In this document: in pieces, positions 1-13,000 of the stretch
Position numbering within the stretch: the first letter of the stretch is position 1
Layout of the letters: each line of letters opens with the position of its first letter
IMG/VR virus record: IMGVR_UViG_3300023175_000012
Span: 32,001 to 96,000 of that record
Origin: a virus
Taxonomy: Duplodnaviria; Caudoviricetes
Direction: 5' to 3' (one strand)
DNA: 64,000 nucleotides
Translations under genes and position numbers: made by a program
Notes under the pieces: model-generated
Seen by the model: the letters and a program-made list of their open reading frames with translations, nothing else
What the model was told of the DNA's origin: nothing
The model's database searches: none

Positions 1-9
1 GTTTGCCAT
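1..9 (-). CDS. Start of next gene, truncated by window edge (M-A-N...)
   Basis: ATG at 9..7 on minus strand, preceded by GGAG ribosome-binding site (ctcc 20-23), just downstream of the stop of the 2337 aa gene. Confidence 0.55.
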
Positions 10-24
10 TTTATTTTTTCTCCA

Positions 25-3000
25 TTATCTTAAAAAGTACTGGTATGCTAAAGGATAACCTGTAACTGGACCAGTGAAGTTCATGTTTGCTGTAATATTT
101 ATCAACTCGCCTGACACCGTTGTTATAATGTTTGAGCTTATGAAAATGTCACCAGCTGTGACACTGTTAACGTTCAATGCAGCACCACCGCCACCAATTT
201 GTGCTTCAATGTATGCTTTAATAGCACGTTGCGTTGGCACAACACTGTCGCTGTTTGCTGTAAAGAATGGGTCTGTACTAAATTCGCTAATACTTGCTGA
301 GTTACCACCTAGTGTAACTTCACCTAGTGTAAGTTCTTGTAGACCTGCAATGTTAAATGCTTCAGCATTCAAGTTTGCAACACCTGTTGCCTGTTCAATT
401 TGGAACAGGTCACCAACCCTAAAGTTACCATCTTGGTCAGTTGATGTAAAGAACACTCGTCCTCCGTCAACATCATATGTTTCTTGAGCTTGGACCGGTA
501 TTTGTAATGGTAGTCCAGGATAATTTGTTTCTGCAAAACTACCTGTACCAACATCTAGGAAATCGTGTCCTGTTAGACGTACTTGTGAATAACGTATTCT
601 TGAAGTTACTCCGTCGCCGTCAGCTGGTGCATCTGCAATAGTCATACTTGGACTTAATTGTAAGAATGCTGTATGTGATCCTGGGTTAGTTCCTAAGAAA
701 CTAACAACAGTTACCAACTTAAAGTACTGTCCTGGTAAACTATCAAACGTAATATTTGATCCTGCTACTGGTCTTTCAGTTAAACGTCTAACAGCAACAA
801 ATGACCCGTTCTGTAAGAAATCTGCATTACCATTTGATGTTTGTCCATCAACTTCCATACTTGCTGCACTAAAGCCTGTTCCTCTATCTGCAAAACTAGG
901 ATTACCTAAAGCACCATTTCCGAGTCTATTTTGGAATACAACATCGTCAATGTTGTTTGGATCAGTAATAGTAATTGTTGGCGGAGTACCACCATAACCA
1001 CTTCCTGGTTCTGCTAGTTTTACTTCAAATATTTTCTCGTTAGCAATGTTTACTCGTCCTCTTGCTCTAGCACCAAGTTTGTTTGATGCTACTTGAGTAG
1101 TTGTTCCGTCTGCTATTGCTAACCAGGCAGGCTCTTGGTTTATGTTACCAAATGCCGCTAGTTTGTAGCCGCTTACGTTTGCTGTAACAGTTAAGTTTGA
1201 CCAAATTAATCCATAATCACTGTAACAAACACTATTTGTGTCTGCACTAGTTACCATAAACATACCTTGTCCGTAACAAATATCTGTTGGAAGAGCTGCG
1301 CCTTCTGTGCCTATGGTTAATGCATACCAAGTAATACCATCTAAACTATATGCACCGTTTACACTGTTGTTTGATATTGCAATAAATCTGCCGTTACCCC
1401 AAACAACTTTACTCCAGTTTGAACTTGCTGGTAATGTGCTTGCTGTCCATGTAATGCCGTCTACTGAATATGCTGCTTGGTTTGAACCTGTTCTTACAGC
1501 AACATATTTTCCTGCACCATTAGTAATACTTGTAAATCCTGTATTAGGCAATGCTGCACTTGATAGTGTCCAAGATGTACCTGCGTTGTCTGAATAAGCA
1601 ATATCAGTATCATTTTGGGCAATAACTACAAATCTGTTCGATCCAGCACCTAAATAGCCGTATTGTACATCAACTCCTGTTGAAGTATCTAATCCTGCTG
1701 GTAGAGCTGATGTACTAAATGTTGACAAGTCCTCACTTAGTACAGCATTACTAGATCCTGTTGCAACAGCAACAAATGCACTTGACTTATATTGAGAACT
1801 ACCATCGTTAAGTAGTCCAGTTGTAAATCTATCGCATTGTTGTGGAAGTGTTACATTACTCCAAGTTGCAACGTCTCCGCTTGTGGCTGCTGAAGTATCG
1901 TCACTTAGTGCAACAAATTTACCTTTAGCACCAATACCAGTGAAATCAAAGTCAATAACTTCTCCGCTAGTACCAATGCTTGTTAATGTAATAACTAGAT
2001 CATTTTCAGGGCTTGTGCCACCTAATGATGTACCTGCAACAGTAATAGTTTCAAGTCTTGTATATCCACTACCAGCACTGTTTAATGCAACATAATATTT
2101 TGCGCCAACTCTGTCAATGTTAAAAGTTGCGTTACTACCTGTTCCTGCATAAGTATCAGCACCTTGGTTGTTTACCTGTTGTGATGTTTCAAAGAATCCA
2201 AAGTCTTCGTAAATATTTGAAGTAATTACAACATTCTGTGTACTTCTTGTAGGTGCTGAGAATGATACCGCTGGCTCAATCTCGTATGTAGATGAAGCGT
2301 TTGGTGAAACAAATGGTGTGCCAGGAACAAAGTGATCCCAACCTGCTGTGCCGTCTGATTCTTTAATTACTGTAGCAACTTTTGTACCTGCATCATATGT
2401 ATCAATAAGTGCATATAAGCCTGCGCCTGCGCCACCTACAATCAATACCTTCATGCCAGGATAAGAAGTATTTAAGTTACCGTCAGTAGCTGAAAGTGTA
2501 ATACTTGTTGCGTTACCTGACTGTGCTGTGTTACTTGCTGTTAAGTATCCACTACCACCTGCATCGCCGTCAACTTGATCGTCAATAACACGAGCTTGTA
2601 TTAGTGCTTCGTCTCTAAATTCATCACCAATAACTGATTCGCCACTACCTGGACCAAACACATTAAATGTTACTTCTGTGTAATCATTACCAGCATGTGT
2701 AAATTCTGCTGTTAGAATAGTGTCTTGGTCTGTAACAGCTGATGCTATTGTAGCATTATATTGTGTCTTGTTATCTACTATACCAGTTGTTGGAGTTTCA
2801 TCTGGGTCAACACCTTCTGCAACTGAACCATAATCACCATATGAGTTGTTACCGTTAGTTGCACGTATACGTCCGCCTGTTTCTGCTAGATAACCAATGT
2901 GTGAGTAATATGTAAACACCGACACAAGTTCTGCTCTACCATTATTTAAAATGTGTGCTCCAATACCATCACTTATAACCTGTGTAAAGTCGTTTGAAAC

Positions 3001-6000
3001 AATACTGTCATTACCGCCGTTGTGTAATGCACCGTCAATTCTTTGACCAGTTGCGGCATTACCAAATGTTGTACAGTTTTGTACATACGGTGAACGTGCC
3101 GTAATCCAACATCTATCATCATCTGGACCCCAACCTGGATCTAGTGACGCATACGCACCTGCTGTTACACGACTTGTACCAGCGGCTGTTTCTGCTGTCA
3201 TATCACCCTGTAGGCCTTCTAATGTTTGTAGTCTGATTCCTGTACCATTGCGTAGATAGTAGAAGTCTTCTTCTTGTGAGCCTATTACGCTATTAACATA
3301 GTATCTTGATGCATATCTAGTTGCATATGTAGCAGGTACTGTTAAATTAATATTACCTGTATATGTTCTTCTATAATTAGGTGCATATTTTAGATCCCAA
3401 ATCATTCCATCTACAATAGATCTAATATCTCTCTCGCACAATGTTACGTTGTAGTCGTAATCTTTTTCGACATCCATTGCACCGCTATCGTCAGTTACTG
3501 TTACATCTGTTCCGCCTATTGTAGAACTAATAGTAAATGTTGTTGAACTTAAAATGTTTTTAACATAATAAGTTTGATTTAGTGTTAATCCACCTATTGC
3601 TGTTCCAGTAAACTTAATTGGTCTGTTTTGTCTTAACCATCCTGTACTTGTAACAGTAAGTGCGCCTGTTGCAGCTGTAGTTGCTGTAACACTATCTGCA
3701 TAATAATCGTTAACATAAGCAACCGCTTCTTTTGCAATAAACTCTTTGTTAAGTTCAAGTTGCTGTATGCCTGCATAAACGTCTTGATCTTCTGCAGCAC
3801 GGTTACTACCTTCGTTACTACCACCTAAAATAATATCGTTTGTTGTAACAAAAGTGTTGTTAATTTGTGCCAAACTTGCCGCTTCAGAAACTTCAGCTCT
3901 TGCCGCATTTCTAGCATATTCATAACTTGCAAGTGTTGCTTCTTTTTGGTCGCCTGTAACTTTAGCACTTGGTTTTCTCAAGTAACTAATTGCCGCCACT
4001 GTTGACGCAAATGTTGTACCTAAACACCAATCGTATCTTGCCGCATCTAGTAAGTAACCAATATCTCTTTCACATTTTGCACTATCATATGTTAAGTTAG
4101 GAAAGTTTGCTGTAATCCAGTTTGTTGTGTCTGTTTTAATTGTAGCAGCCGCTGACCCTAATAGTGAATGGTCAGTTTGTAAACCTGCCGCAGCACCAGT
4201 AATACTTGGATATACTATAGTCTCGCTACCAGTACCGTTATCAACAATATTAATAAAGTCGTCTAGTAAGTCGCCTATTGTTGTTGCGCTTGCAGCATCC
4301 CCTGGATCACCAACTACTTGTTCTACAGTAGACTGTGTGCCAGGAGTAACAGTAATGTTTCTACCTACAGTTTGCATAATACCTTTTAGGTACCCATAAG
4401 CTGCTAGTGTTGCCGCTTTCTGTGCCGCTGGTAAGTTCGAAGTTGCACCAACATAATATGCTTCACCGGCATTTACAGTTTGCCAGTTACCGCCATATGT
4501 TAAGTCGTATGCTACAGCATCAATTAGGTATCCAACATCTTTTTTACATGCTGTTCTGCTGTATTTTAAGTCTGGATAGTTTTCTGTAATGTAGCCAATT
4601 AATTCTGCTTTTAAAAATTCTCTGTTAGCAATAAGCAAGTTTCTAGCATAGCCTGCATTAGGATCAGCCATTTCGTCAGCTAATGTAAATGTTGCTATTG
4701 CTTCTTCTTTGCGTCCTAAAGCCCAGTCTGTTCTTCTTCTATAAAGTCTTGCTAATTGTTCAGTTGCTTGTCTAACATACCCTGTTTCGTTGTTTGCTAA
4801 AGGATAAAGAGTACTTTGTGTTTGTGTATTTCCTGTTGTTGCTGTTACAGCTACACCTTCTACAATGTCTCCAATAATTGCTTCAACTCTTTCAATTGCT
4901 GTGTTACTATACAAATAATCTTCTGCAGAAGTAAGTGTTGAATTGTTTGATTTTCTTGGGAATACGTTTGTAGAACGTAGTTCGTCACCAATTATACAAC
5001 ATTCTGCAGGTACAATTATAGGCAATACTTCGTAGTATTTTCCTGTTGCAACTTTTATAAGACTGTTACGTATTAATCTGTCTGGAATATTATCTGCATT
5101 ACCTGCTGTAATTGCATCTGTAATAATTTTTACAAGATTTGAAATTTCAGTATATACAGTTTCTGATGAAAGACTTGCATCAAAGTATTGTGCAACTATT
5201 GCTGTTGAATTATCTCCGTTGTTAACTTGATAATTTACAGCCGGTGCTTCTTGATTCAATACAGCCTGTATAACTTCTAAGCCATAATTTATACTTGCTA
5301 CAGTTTCTGCTTTTTGTGTAAGATATGGTGATCCAACAGTATCATTAATATAGGAAAGTGCAGCTTCTCTTGACTTTACATTTCCGCCGTGTGTAATATC
5401 CCATATTACAGCATCAATAATATAGCCCATGTCTCTTTCGCATTTAGCACTATCGTAATCAAAACCTGTAGTGAATGGTGAAATGTTACCTGTAATTTGA
5501 GCGTCAGTCCATTCTACAATTTCTCTTTGTATAAAATATCTGTTCAGTTCTAGTAAACGTCTTGCTTGGGGATTCTTTGCTCCTCTTTCTACTTGTTCTG
5601 CTGCGTATCTTATTGTTTTCCACGGTTTGTCAATTGAACGTCCATTAGTAGGAGCAGGTGTATCTGCGCCGTGTGTTGCTACATAATAAACATCGTCTGC
5701 GACGCCCATGTAAGCCCATTCAGGTGTTTGATTGTTGCTGACTTGTAAAAATTGTCCTTCAGCACCGACAGGTAATCTTGCTGGTCCGCCTGCTGCATAA
5801 TAAACTAAATCACCTTTTGTAGTTAGTACACTTGCTTCATTACCAATTGACAATACTTGCCAGTATGTACCTGTTGTATCTAAATCAGGACGTGAATTCT
5901 GTGCACCGCCGCCTCCGGGCTGTGTTTGTATTGTTGAAAAGTCGTCGCCTTCTGAAAAGTGTCCTTGAACACAAACGTAAGAGTTGTCTGTAAATCTTAC

Positions 6001-7038
6001 AACGTCACCTAATAGATATTCTTGATCATCTACCCACTCACCTCTCCATCTTAGGCCAGTGTTTAGTCGTTGCCAATAGTTTGTATCAGTAGGTGTTTGA
6101 TCTTGGTGATCTGCTGTACAAATATATGTGTAGCCACCGTATCGAACAACTTCTCCTACTCTATAATCTTGAAGTGTACTGTCATCTTGCCAGTCACCTA
6201 AAAATCTAATACCTTGTGAGAATAGTTGCCAGTCTGTAGTTTCTACGACAGGATTTTTCTCGCTATGGTTAGTAAGTGCAATATATTGGTTGCCGCCGTA
6301 TCTAACAATATCACCTTTTTGATATTGTCTTAGTGCTTCCCAGTCTGATTCAAATTGGAATCCTCTAACAAATTGTTCCCAATTTGCACTATCTGTACTA
6401 AACAATGTTGAGCCAGTATGTTCAGTAGTACAAATCCAAAGAGCTGCACCATACTGAACTACGTCATTAACTTTATATCTAGTTCCAGATGTCCATGTAC
6501 TTTTGTATTCGATACCTGCATTAAATACGTCCCAACTTGCCTGGTCTGCTTCTAGCCCGTCGGCTTCAGTTGCAGCAGATGTATGATATGTATTACACAC
6601 ATAAGTTTGGCCGCCGTATTTTACTAGATCATTTATTAGGTACTTTGTATCTACGGTCCAGTCGCCTTTCCATGCTAAACCGTCAGCATAGACATCCCAA
6701 TTAGCAATATCAGCTTCTAGGCCAGCTGCTACTGTTGCTTGTGATGTGTGAACAACTTTACAAATGTATAATCTTGCACCATATTGTACAATATCTCCGT
6801 AAACATATCCGGTGCTTGTTGCCCACTCACCCTTCCATGTTTGACCGTCACTTACAAGATTCCATTTAGGTGGTACTATTTCAAAATCTGTAAAGAAATC
6901 AGTTGCACTTGTGTGGCCAATCACACAAATGTATACCTTACCTCCGAATCTTACAACATCGTCTTTGTAATATGTAGTGGCAGAAGACCATGCGTCTTTC
7001 CACACAAATCTTATTCTACCTAGTTTAAATTCTGCCAT
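25..7038 (-). CDS. Giant virion structural / fibre-like protein (2337 aa), paralog of 7089..13091
   Basis: N-terminal Trp-rich repeats (W-x-G-x-W...Y-x-x-x-D-[VI]-V-x-Y-G-G-x-x-Y-x-C...H, carbohydrate-binding-module-like); repeated KCERD[IM]GY helical units; BNR/propeller-like YSxDGxTW repeats; C-terminal TGHDFLD...STDQDGNFR shared with its paralog. RBS and TATAAATA box upstream. Confidence 0.75.
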   Translation of the reverse strand: MAEFKLGRIRFVWKDAWSSATTYYKDDVVRFGGKVYICVIGHTSATDFFTDFEIVPPKWNLVSDGQTWKGEWATSTGYVYGDIVQYGARLYICKVVHTSQATVAAGLEADIANWDVYADGLAWKGDWTVDTKYLINDLVKYGGQTYVCNTYHTSAATEADGLEADQASWDVFNAGIEYKSTWTSGTRYKVNDVVQYGAALWICTTEHTGSTLFSTDSANWEQFVRGFQFESDWEALRQYQKGDIVRYGGNQYIALTNHSEKNPVVETTDWQLFSQGIRFLGDWQDDSTLQDYRVGEVVRYGGYTYICTADHQDQTPTDTNYWQRLNTGLRWRGEWVDDQEYLLGDVVRFTDNSYVCVQGHFSEGDDFSTIQTQPGGGGAQNSRPDLDTTGTYWQVLSIGNEASVLTTKGDLVYYAAGGPARLPVGAEGQFLQVSNNQTPEWAYMGVADDVYYVATHGADTPAPTNGRSIDKPWKTIRYAAEQVERGAKNPQARRLLELNRYFIQREIVEWTDAQITGNISPFTTGFDYDSAKCERDMGYIIDAVIWDITHGGNVKSREAALSYINDTVGSPYLTQKAETVASINYGLEVIQAVLNQEAPAVNYQVNNGDNSTAIVAQYFDASLSSETVYTEISNLVKIITDAITAGNADNIPDRLIRNSLIKVATGKYYEVLPIIVPAECCIIGDELRSTNVFPRKSNNSTLTSAEDYLYSNTAIERVEAIIGDIVEGVAVTATTGNTQTQSTLYPLANNETGYVRQATEQLARLYRRRTDWALGRKEEAIATFTLADEMADPNAGYARNLLIANREFLKAELIGYITENYPDLKYSRTACKKDVGYLIDAVAYDLTYGGNWQTVNAGEAYYVGATSNLPAAQKAATLAAYGYLKGIMQTVGRNITVTPGTQSTVEQVVGDPGDAASATTIGDLLDDFINIVDNGTGSETIVYPSITGAAAGLQTDHSLLGSAAATIKTDTTNWITANFPNLTYDSAKCERDIGYLLDAARYDWCLGTTFASTVAAISYLRKPSAKVTGDQKEATLASYEYARNAARAEVSEAASLAQINNTFVTTNDIILGGSNEGSNRAAEDQDVYAGIQQLELNKEFIAKEAVAYVNDYYADSVTATTAATGALTVTSTGWLRQNRPIKFTGTAIGGLTLNQTYYVKNILSSTTFTISSTIGGTDVTVTDDSGAMDVEKDYDYNVTLCERDIRSIVDGMIWDLKYAPNYRRTYTGNINLTVPATYATRYASRYYVNSVIGSQEEDFYYLRNGTGIRLQTLEGLQGDMTAETAAGTSRVTAGAYASLDPGWGPDDDRCWITARSPYVQNCTTFGNAATGQRIDGALHNGGNDSIVSNDFTQVISDGIGAHILNNGRAELVSVFTYYSHIGYLAETGGRIRATNGNNSYGDYGSVAEGVDPDETPTTGIVDNKTQYNATIASAVTDQDTILTAEFTHAGNDYTEVTFNVFGPGSGESVIGDEFRDEALIQARVIDDQVDGDAGGSGYLTASNTAQSGNATSITLSATDGNLNTSYPGMKVLIVGGAGAGLYALIDTYDAGTKVATVIKESDGTAGWDHFVPGTPFVSPNASSTYEIEPAVSFSAPTRSTQNVVITSNIYEDFGFFETSQQVNNQGADTYAGTGSNATFNIDRVGAKYYVALNSAGSGYTRLETITVAGTSLGGTSPENDLVITLTSIGTSGEVIDFDFTGIGAKGKFVALSDDTSAATSGDVATWSNVTLPQQCDRFTTGLLNDGSSQYKSSAFVAVATGSSNAVLSEDLSTFSTSALPAGLDTSTGVDVQYGYLGAGSNRFVVIAQNDTDIAYSDNAGTSWTLSSAALPNTGFTSITNGAGKYVAVRTGSNQAAYSVDGITWTASTLPASSNWSKVVWGNGRFIAISNNSVNGAYSLDGITWYALTIGTEGAALPTDICYGQGMFMVTSADTNSVCYSDYGLIWSNLTVTANVSGYKLAAFGNINQEPAWLAIADGTTTQVASNKLGARARGRVNIANEKIFEVKLAEPGSGYGGTPPTITITDPNNIDDVVFQNRLGNGALGNPSFADRGTGFSAASMEVDGQTSNGNADFLQNGSFVAVRRLTERPVAGSNITFDSLPGQYFKLVTVVSFLGTNPGSHTAFLQLSPSMTIADAPADGDGVTSRIRYSQVRLTGHDFLDVGTGSFAETNYPGLPLQIPVQAQETYDVDGGRVFFTSTDQDGNFRVGDLFQIEQATGVANLNAEAFNIAGLQELTLGEVTLGGNSASISEFSTDPFFTANSDSVVPTQRAIKAYIEAQIGGGGAALNVNSVTAGDIFISSNIITTVSGELINITANMNFTGPVTGYPLAYQYFLR

Positions 7039-7058
7039 TTTTTAATGCTCCGTTATTG

Positions 7059-7066
7059 TATTTATA
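7059..7066 (-). promoter_or_regulatory. T4-type late promoter TATAAATA
   Basis: Exact TATAAATA on minus strand about 20 nt upstream of the 7038 start; a gp55-like sigma factor is encoded in the window. Confidence 0.75.
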
Positions 7067-7088
7067 CATTTTTTACTGTCCTATAAAA

Positions 7089-10000
7089 TTACTTCATACC
7101 ATCATCAAAATTACGAAGTAACATCATTTGTCCAACATATGAACCGCTTATTCCTACAGGATTGCCGTTAGCGTCTGTACCTTCCATATTAACAGGCACA
7201 CCAACTAATATTTGTGCATCTTGTATGTTGTCAAATTGATTGTCTGGTCCTCCTACATAAATCTGTCCCGCTGAGAATGCATTTAACTCTAGATCTGAAC
7301 CGCCAACGCTTAATCTATCTGCAAGGAATGTTGCAATAGCTCTCTGTGTTGGTACTACATTATTACTATCCTCAGCAAATGTTGGGTCTGTACTAAACTC
7401 TCTAACAACCGCGCCCGAACCACCTAGTCTTACACCACCTAGTGATAGTTCGCTAAGGCCATCTAGATCAAAGAACTCGGCACTAATTGTCACAACACCA
7501 GTAGCCTGTTGTACTGAAAATAGTTCACCAGCTCTAAAGTTACCGTCTTGGTCTGTACTTACGTAGAATATACGTCCGCCTCCGGTTTCGTATACTTCAT
7601 TTTCAGGCGCACTAACAAAGTAGTTGCCGCCTGCATATATTTCTGGGTAATTTGTTTCTAAGAAATTACCAGTACCAATGTCTAAGAAGTCATGTCCTGT
7701 AATTCTACATTGGCTAAAGTTTTCGTTAATTGTTACACTTGTATTATGAACTAGATCGTATTCGTTACGCATTCTAGGACTGATTTGGAATTGTACTAGT
7801 TTTGTTCCATTACCAGTGCCATCATCACCTAAATCTGTTGCAACAGCAACTCTAAAACTTTTTAGATCGTCTGGATTGTCTGTTGTATCGTCTGGAATAT
7901 TAGGGAACAACAACTGGCTACCAATAGTTGGTACTCTCGGTAAACCTGCAATTTTTATAATGTTAGTTTCTGGTATAAAGTCAGCATAGCCATCGCCTGT
8001 AATATCAACTCTTGTAGTGCTTGATCTGTAACCAATACCTCTGTTAGTCCAACTTGGTTGTGCAAGAACTCCATTACCTACTCTATTTTCCCACCCAATG
8101 CCTACAGTGTATGCATTATCTGTAATTGTAAATACTGGTGGGTTTTGAGGAGAATATCCACTACCGCAATCAAGAATCTTTATTGTTTGTATTAAGCCGC
8201 CACTACCTAGTTTTGCACGGACTTTTACTTTTGCACCTGTTTCTACTTTTGCAATGCCTCCTATTGCGGTGTTTTTAGTTCCTATAATCCAACTACCTAC
8301 GTTATTAACAACACCAAAGCCTAGTCCAAAGTAAGTTTTAGACGCTGCAAGAGTTCTGCCTGTCCACAGTATTCCGTCTTCAGTAGTTGCCGCAAAATTT
8401 GTGTTATTACCGTCTATATCGCCGCCAACAATTTGATTGTTTGCATCACATATAGCAAAGAACACACCTTCTGCAAACTTCATATCATTCCAACGCATAG
8501 TTGTTGATCCGTCCTGTGTTGGAGCATCTGCTCCTTGTGTCCAAGTTGAACCATCAAAACTATAGTAAGTTTCGCCTGTTTCTAGTAGTGCAAGATATCT
8601 ATTATTACCGTATGCTAACCCTGCAACCTGTAAATTAGGTGTTGCTGGGAACCCAGTATCAAATGTCCATGTAGTTCCATCTGTACTATGACCTACTACA
8701 CCGTCGTTACCTGCTACAGCAACAAACTTACCTTTACCGTATGTAAGTCCTTGCCATTCTGCTGATGCACTGTCACCAACAGCATCGTTAGGCATGTTAC
8801 TAGATGTCCATGTTATACCATCTGCTGATTGAATAACATTTGTAGAGTTTTCAGCAATAACAACAAATCTACCTTCTCCAAAAGTAATGTCAATCCAATC
8901 TTCCACAAAAGGTAATGTTACAGAATTCCAATTTACTCCATCTAAACTATATGCAGCTTCATCAGTACCTTTAGCAATAGCAACAAATCTATTTGCACCT
9001 GCAGCTACTTTGATCCAATCAATGGCTGTAGAGTTTGGCAATAATACTTCATTCCAACCTTGTCCTGTATCACTTTCTAACACAAAATTTGGTTTTGCGA
9101 TAGCAACAAACTTACCACTACGTCCTGTACCTGTTACAACTACACTTGTAATCGAGTTTGAACTATCGTCAGTTACACCACTCACTTTAATATGACAGTC
9201 ATTAGTAACATCATCGCCGCCTAATACACTACCTAAAATTGTAATAGAATCACCAATAGCGTATCCTAAACCACCATCTGCAATAGTTACTTCATAGACA
9301 AGTCCGTTTTTAGTAATATCAAATCTTGCATTAGCAGGAGCAAGACCATCTTGCGTTATAACGTCACCTGTTCCTGGTTGTCCTTCAATGTCTGTAAATT
9401 CAAAAGTTGTATTACTAAATGCAACATCTATAATATCTCTACCACTTGCAATGTTATAGTTGTTTGCTGCATATGACGGTGCCGATGATACTATGCGTGG
9501 TTCAATTTGATATCTAGTATTTGAGCTCAGTGTTGTTTCAATTGTAGTACCAGGAAGTAAATGATCCCACCCTGGTTGACCTGTGCTTTCTTTGTTTATA
9601 GAAGCAATTTGATTAAGTTCGTTATAGGCAGATACATAACCATATTGTCCTGTACCATCACCTGAAATAATATAAAGTGCTTGTCCTACAATTTCTTCTT
9701 CAGTAATTGTTTCGTTGACGTTTAAGGTAATACTTGTACTATCTCCAATAGTTGCTTGGTTTTGAATATTTGTATATCCTACTCCGCCTATTGCTCCGCT
9801 GTCTGCAGGATTAACAATTCTTGATTGGAATAATGCACCGTGTCTAATATCTTCGTGTAATGCTTCAGCATTTGCTCCTGCACCTGTTATAGTGCTTGTA
9901 GCTGTGGTATAATTTTCGCCTGCATTTGCATATTCATAAATTAGGATTTCATCACCAAACGCTCCTGCAAACACCCCGTCTACCGTTGCTTCATTATCTC

Positions 10001-13000
10001 TGTTGAACACTGATGCTGTAATAGGTACTTCGTTAGGATCAATGCCGTCTGCAATACTACCGTATTTTCCGTATGAGTTGTTACCGTTTGTTGCACGAAT
10101 AACTCCTCCACGTTCTGCTAAATATCCAACTTGGTTATAGTATGTAAACACTGACACAAGCTCTGCTCTACCATTGTCTGAAATCCATGCACCAATACCA
10201 TCACTTAACACTTGTGTATAGTCGTTTGCTGTCATAGACTTGTTACCACCGTTATGTAATAATCCATCTACACGCATACCTGTACATGCTGTACCAATAG
10301 TTGTTACACCTTGTATGTAAGGTGATCTACGTTTAATCCATGTTCTATCATCTGCTGTTCCCCAACCTGGATCAAGTGCTGTAAAGGCACCCGATGTTGG
10401 TCTTTGGTATAAGTCGTAAACACCTGGTGGGTTTAGTGCTCCATCTAGTCCTTCAACAGTACATTGACGTAAGCCAGTTGTATCTCTCATTCTAAATAAA
10501 TCACTTAGATTACTACCTGTAATTGCATTGGCATATCTTTCAGCTGATAGTATTGATTTGTAAGTTCCTTCGTACCTTAAATCATAGCAGATAGCTTTAA
10601 AGAAGTGTATAAAATCTTCTGCTATTCTATTCATTCTAAATTGTTTAGTTGGATAGTTTTCACGCACCCATGCTTCAACTTGTTGAGAAAGATAACTTTG
10701 TAAACTTTCTAGTTTAGAAGCTGTTTGACGTCTAACACTGTTTGATGTAAGGGTGTTTGTTCCTGTCATAATAGGATCAACAGCACCGCTTTCTGCGTTA
10801 AATTCAACTTTATCTTTAATTACATCAATAAGAGTAATTGCTAAGTTAACTTCACTTAATCCTAAAGTTAAGGTAGTCTTAGGTTGTGTAAGTGTATTTC
10901 CAGGAAGTGGTGGAACGTCAACATTGCTAAACAAGTTAAGTAAAATACTTGTTACATAATCCCATGCAGCATTAAATTCTTCTGTTTCATTTTGATATTC
11001 GTCTAATCTCGGATTTGCAACAATAGTTACAGATCTAAGTTCGTCGCCCATTACCGCTGTACCTGCTGGTACGCTAATTGGGCCTATTTCTGTGTACCTT
11101 CCTGTATCAACTTTAATTTTTACAGGTGTTAATGCTGGAAATGTTTCTTCTACAAATTCACAAGCATATCTCACGGACCTAAATGGTCTATTTGGATCTC
11201 GTCCATATCCTTCTGTGTCCATGCCATGATGCCCAACATAAATTTCTTGCGCTGTTCTTAGATAATTTTTCCAAAATACAGTGTCGTCATCGTTAACTGA
11301 TAACAGTTGTCTTTCTTCGCCTATAGCTACTCCTGCAGGGCCAATAGTACTACCGTCGCCAACGTTTGTTCTACTTAAATTATAAGTTAGTAGATCGCCT
11401 TGGGCTGACAAACCTGACGGTTGTCCTGCTTCAACTAATGTATCCCAATAAAAGTATCCGCTACCGTTATCTCCAGGAAAGTTATCATTTGTACTAACGT
11501 GTGCTTCGTTACAAACATAAGCACTACCAAAGTGGTAAACAACTTCACCAACAAAATATGTACGTCCTGTAATCCATGCTTCGCCCCAAGTTTTACTTGG
11601 AACAAGTAATTGCCATTTTTCTGTTTGCAGATAATCAGATGTACTTCCGTCAACTTCTACTTTACCTATAGAAACTAGAGCCATGTATAGTTCGCCGCCT
11701 CGTTGAACTATGTCGCCTGGATTATATTCTGCGCCGTCTACCCATTCACCTCTAAAGTTGTAACCATATTGAAGTTCTACCCAACTTGATGTACTGTCTT
11801 GTGACTGGGCGGGTTGATCATCTCTATTGTATTTGGTTGCAAAATATAAGTAACCACCATATCGTACAACATCGCCTGCTTGATATTCTGCTGTGTCACT
11901 CCATTCTGACTCATATTGAAAGCCTGGTAATTCTATAGCAAATTTAGTAGTATCTAATTGATCTGCAAGATTGCCGTCACCATCTAAAAATCCTTGAGAA
12001 GCAGATTGGTGTGTTTCTGTACATCTCCATATACTACCGCCATATAATACTAAATCGTTTTTTCTATATAGAGTGTCTCTTGCCCATGCACCTACATATT
12101 CAATTCCGCTGTGGTAAACTTCCCATGAAACATCTGCAGATGTTTCAGTAGCAAGGGACGCACCCATTCCTGCATGATATCTACAATAGTAATAAAGTGT
12201 TTCTGGTGCGGTATATGGTACAGTAAATCTTACCTGTCTAGTTGTTGCTTGTGCAAAATTTGAAACATATACTTGCTGTGTAACTTCGTTACCGTTAAGA
12301 AAATATGTTACACCGTCTGCATAAGGAACTCCGCTATTCCAAAGCCCATCATCAGTAATACTTAATAATAATGGATGTGGATTCTGTACTGGATCGCCGT
12401 TCTGGTCAAAGCCGCCGCCAAAATATAAATTTGTATCATCGCTACCGTCTTGAGGAGCACTTTGATCAAATACATATGTTTTGCCAAATGCAAACGTTAA
12501 TTCTGCTTGAGGAATACCATTTAATGTATAAATGTTTGCTGTGTCTTCTGCATTTCTTACTACAGCAACTTGAATATTTGAAGGTGTAGTAACTAAGTTA
12601 TCTTCTAAAAACAATCCCGATACATGAGGAACTATACACTTGTATACGATGCCATTATATTTTACTAATGCACCTGTACCATAATCAGTTGCTGTTTCCC
12701 AATTAGTAGTATATTTTACTGACTCTGCAAGCAGGGCCCAGTCGTCTTTGTTTACATAAAATTCTGTTGAATCATGTTCGTTTAGACATACCCAAAGTGA
12801 TCCGTCTTTTAATACAATATCACTAATTGCATATGTAGTCGCTGTTGCCCACGCACCTTTAAAAGATCTACCATCTGTCATTAATCTCCACTTAGGGGCT
12901 GCTTGTGGTGGATTACTTCCAGGCAATGTAGCAAGTAAGTCGGTTTTAAATTTAGTATCAGCTGTATGTCCTTCTAAACACACATATGTTTTACCGCCAA

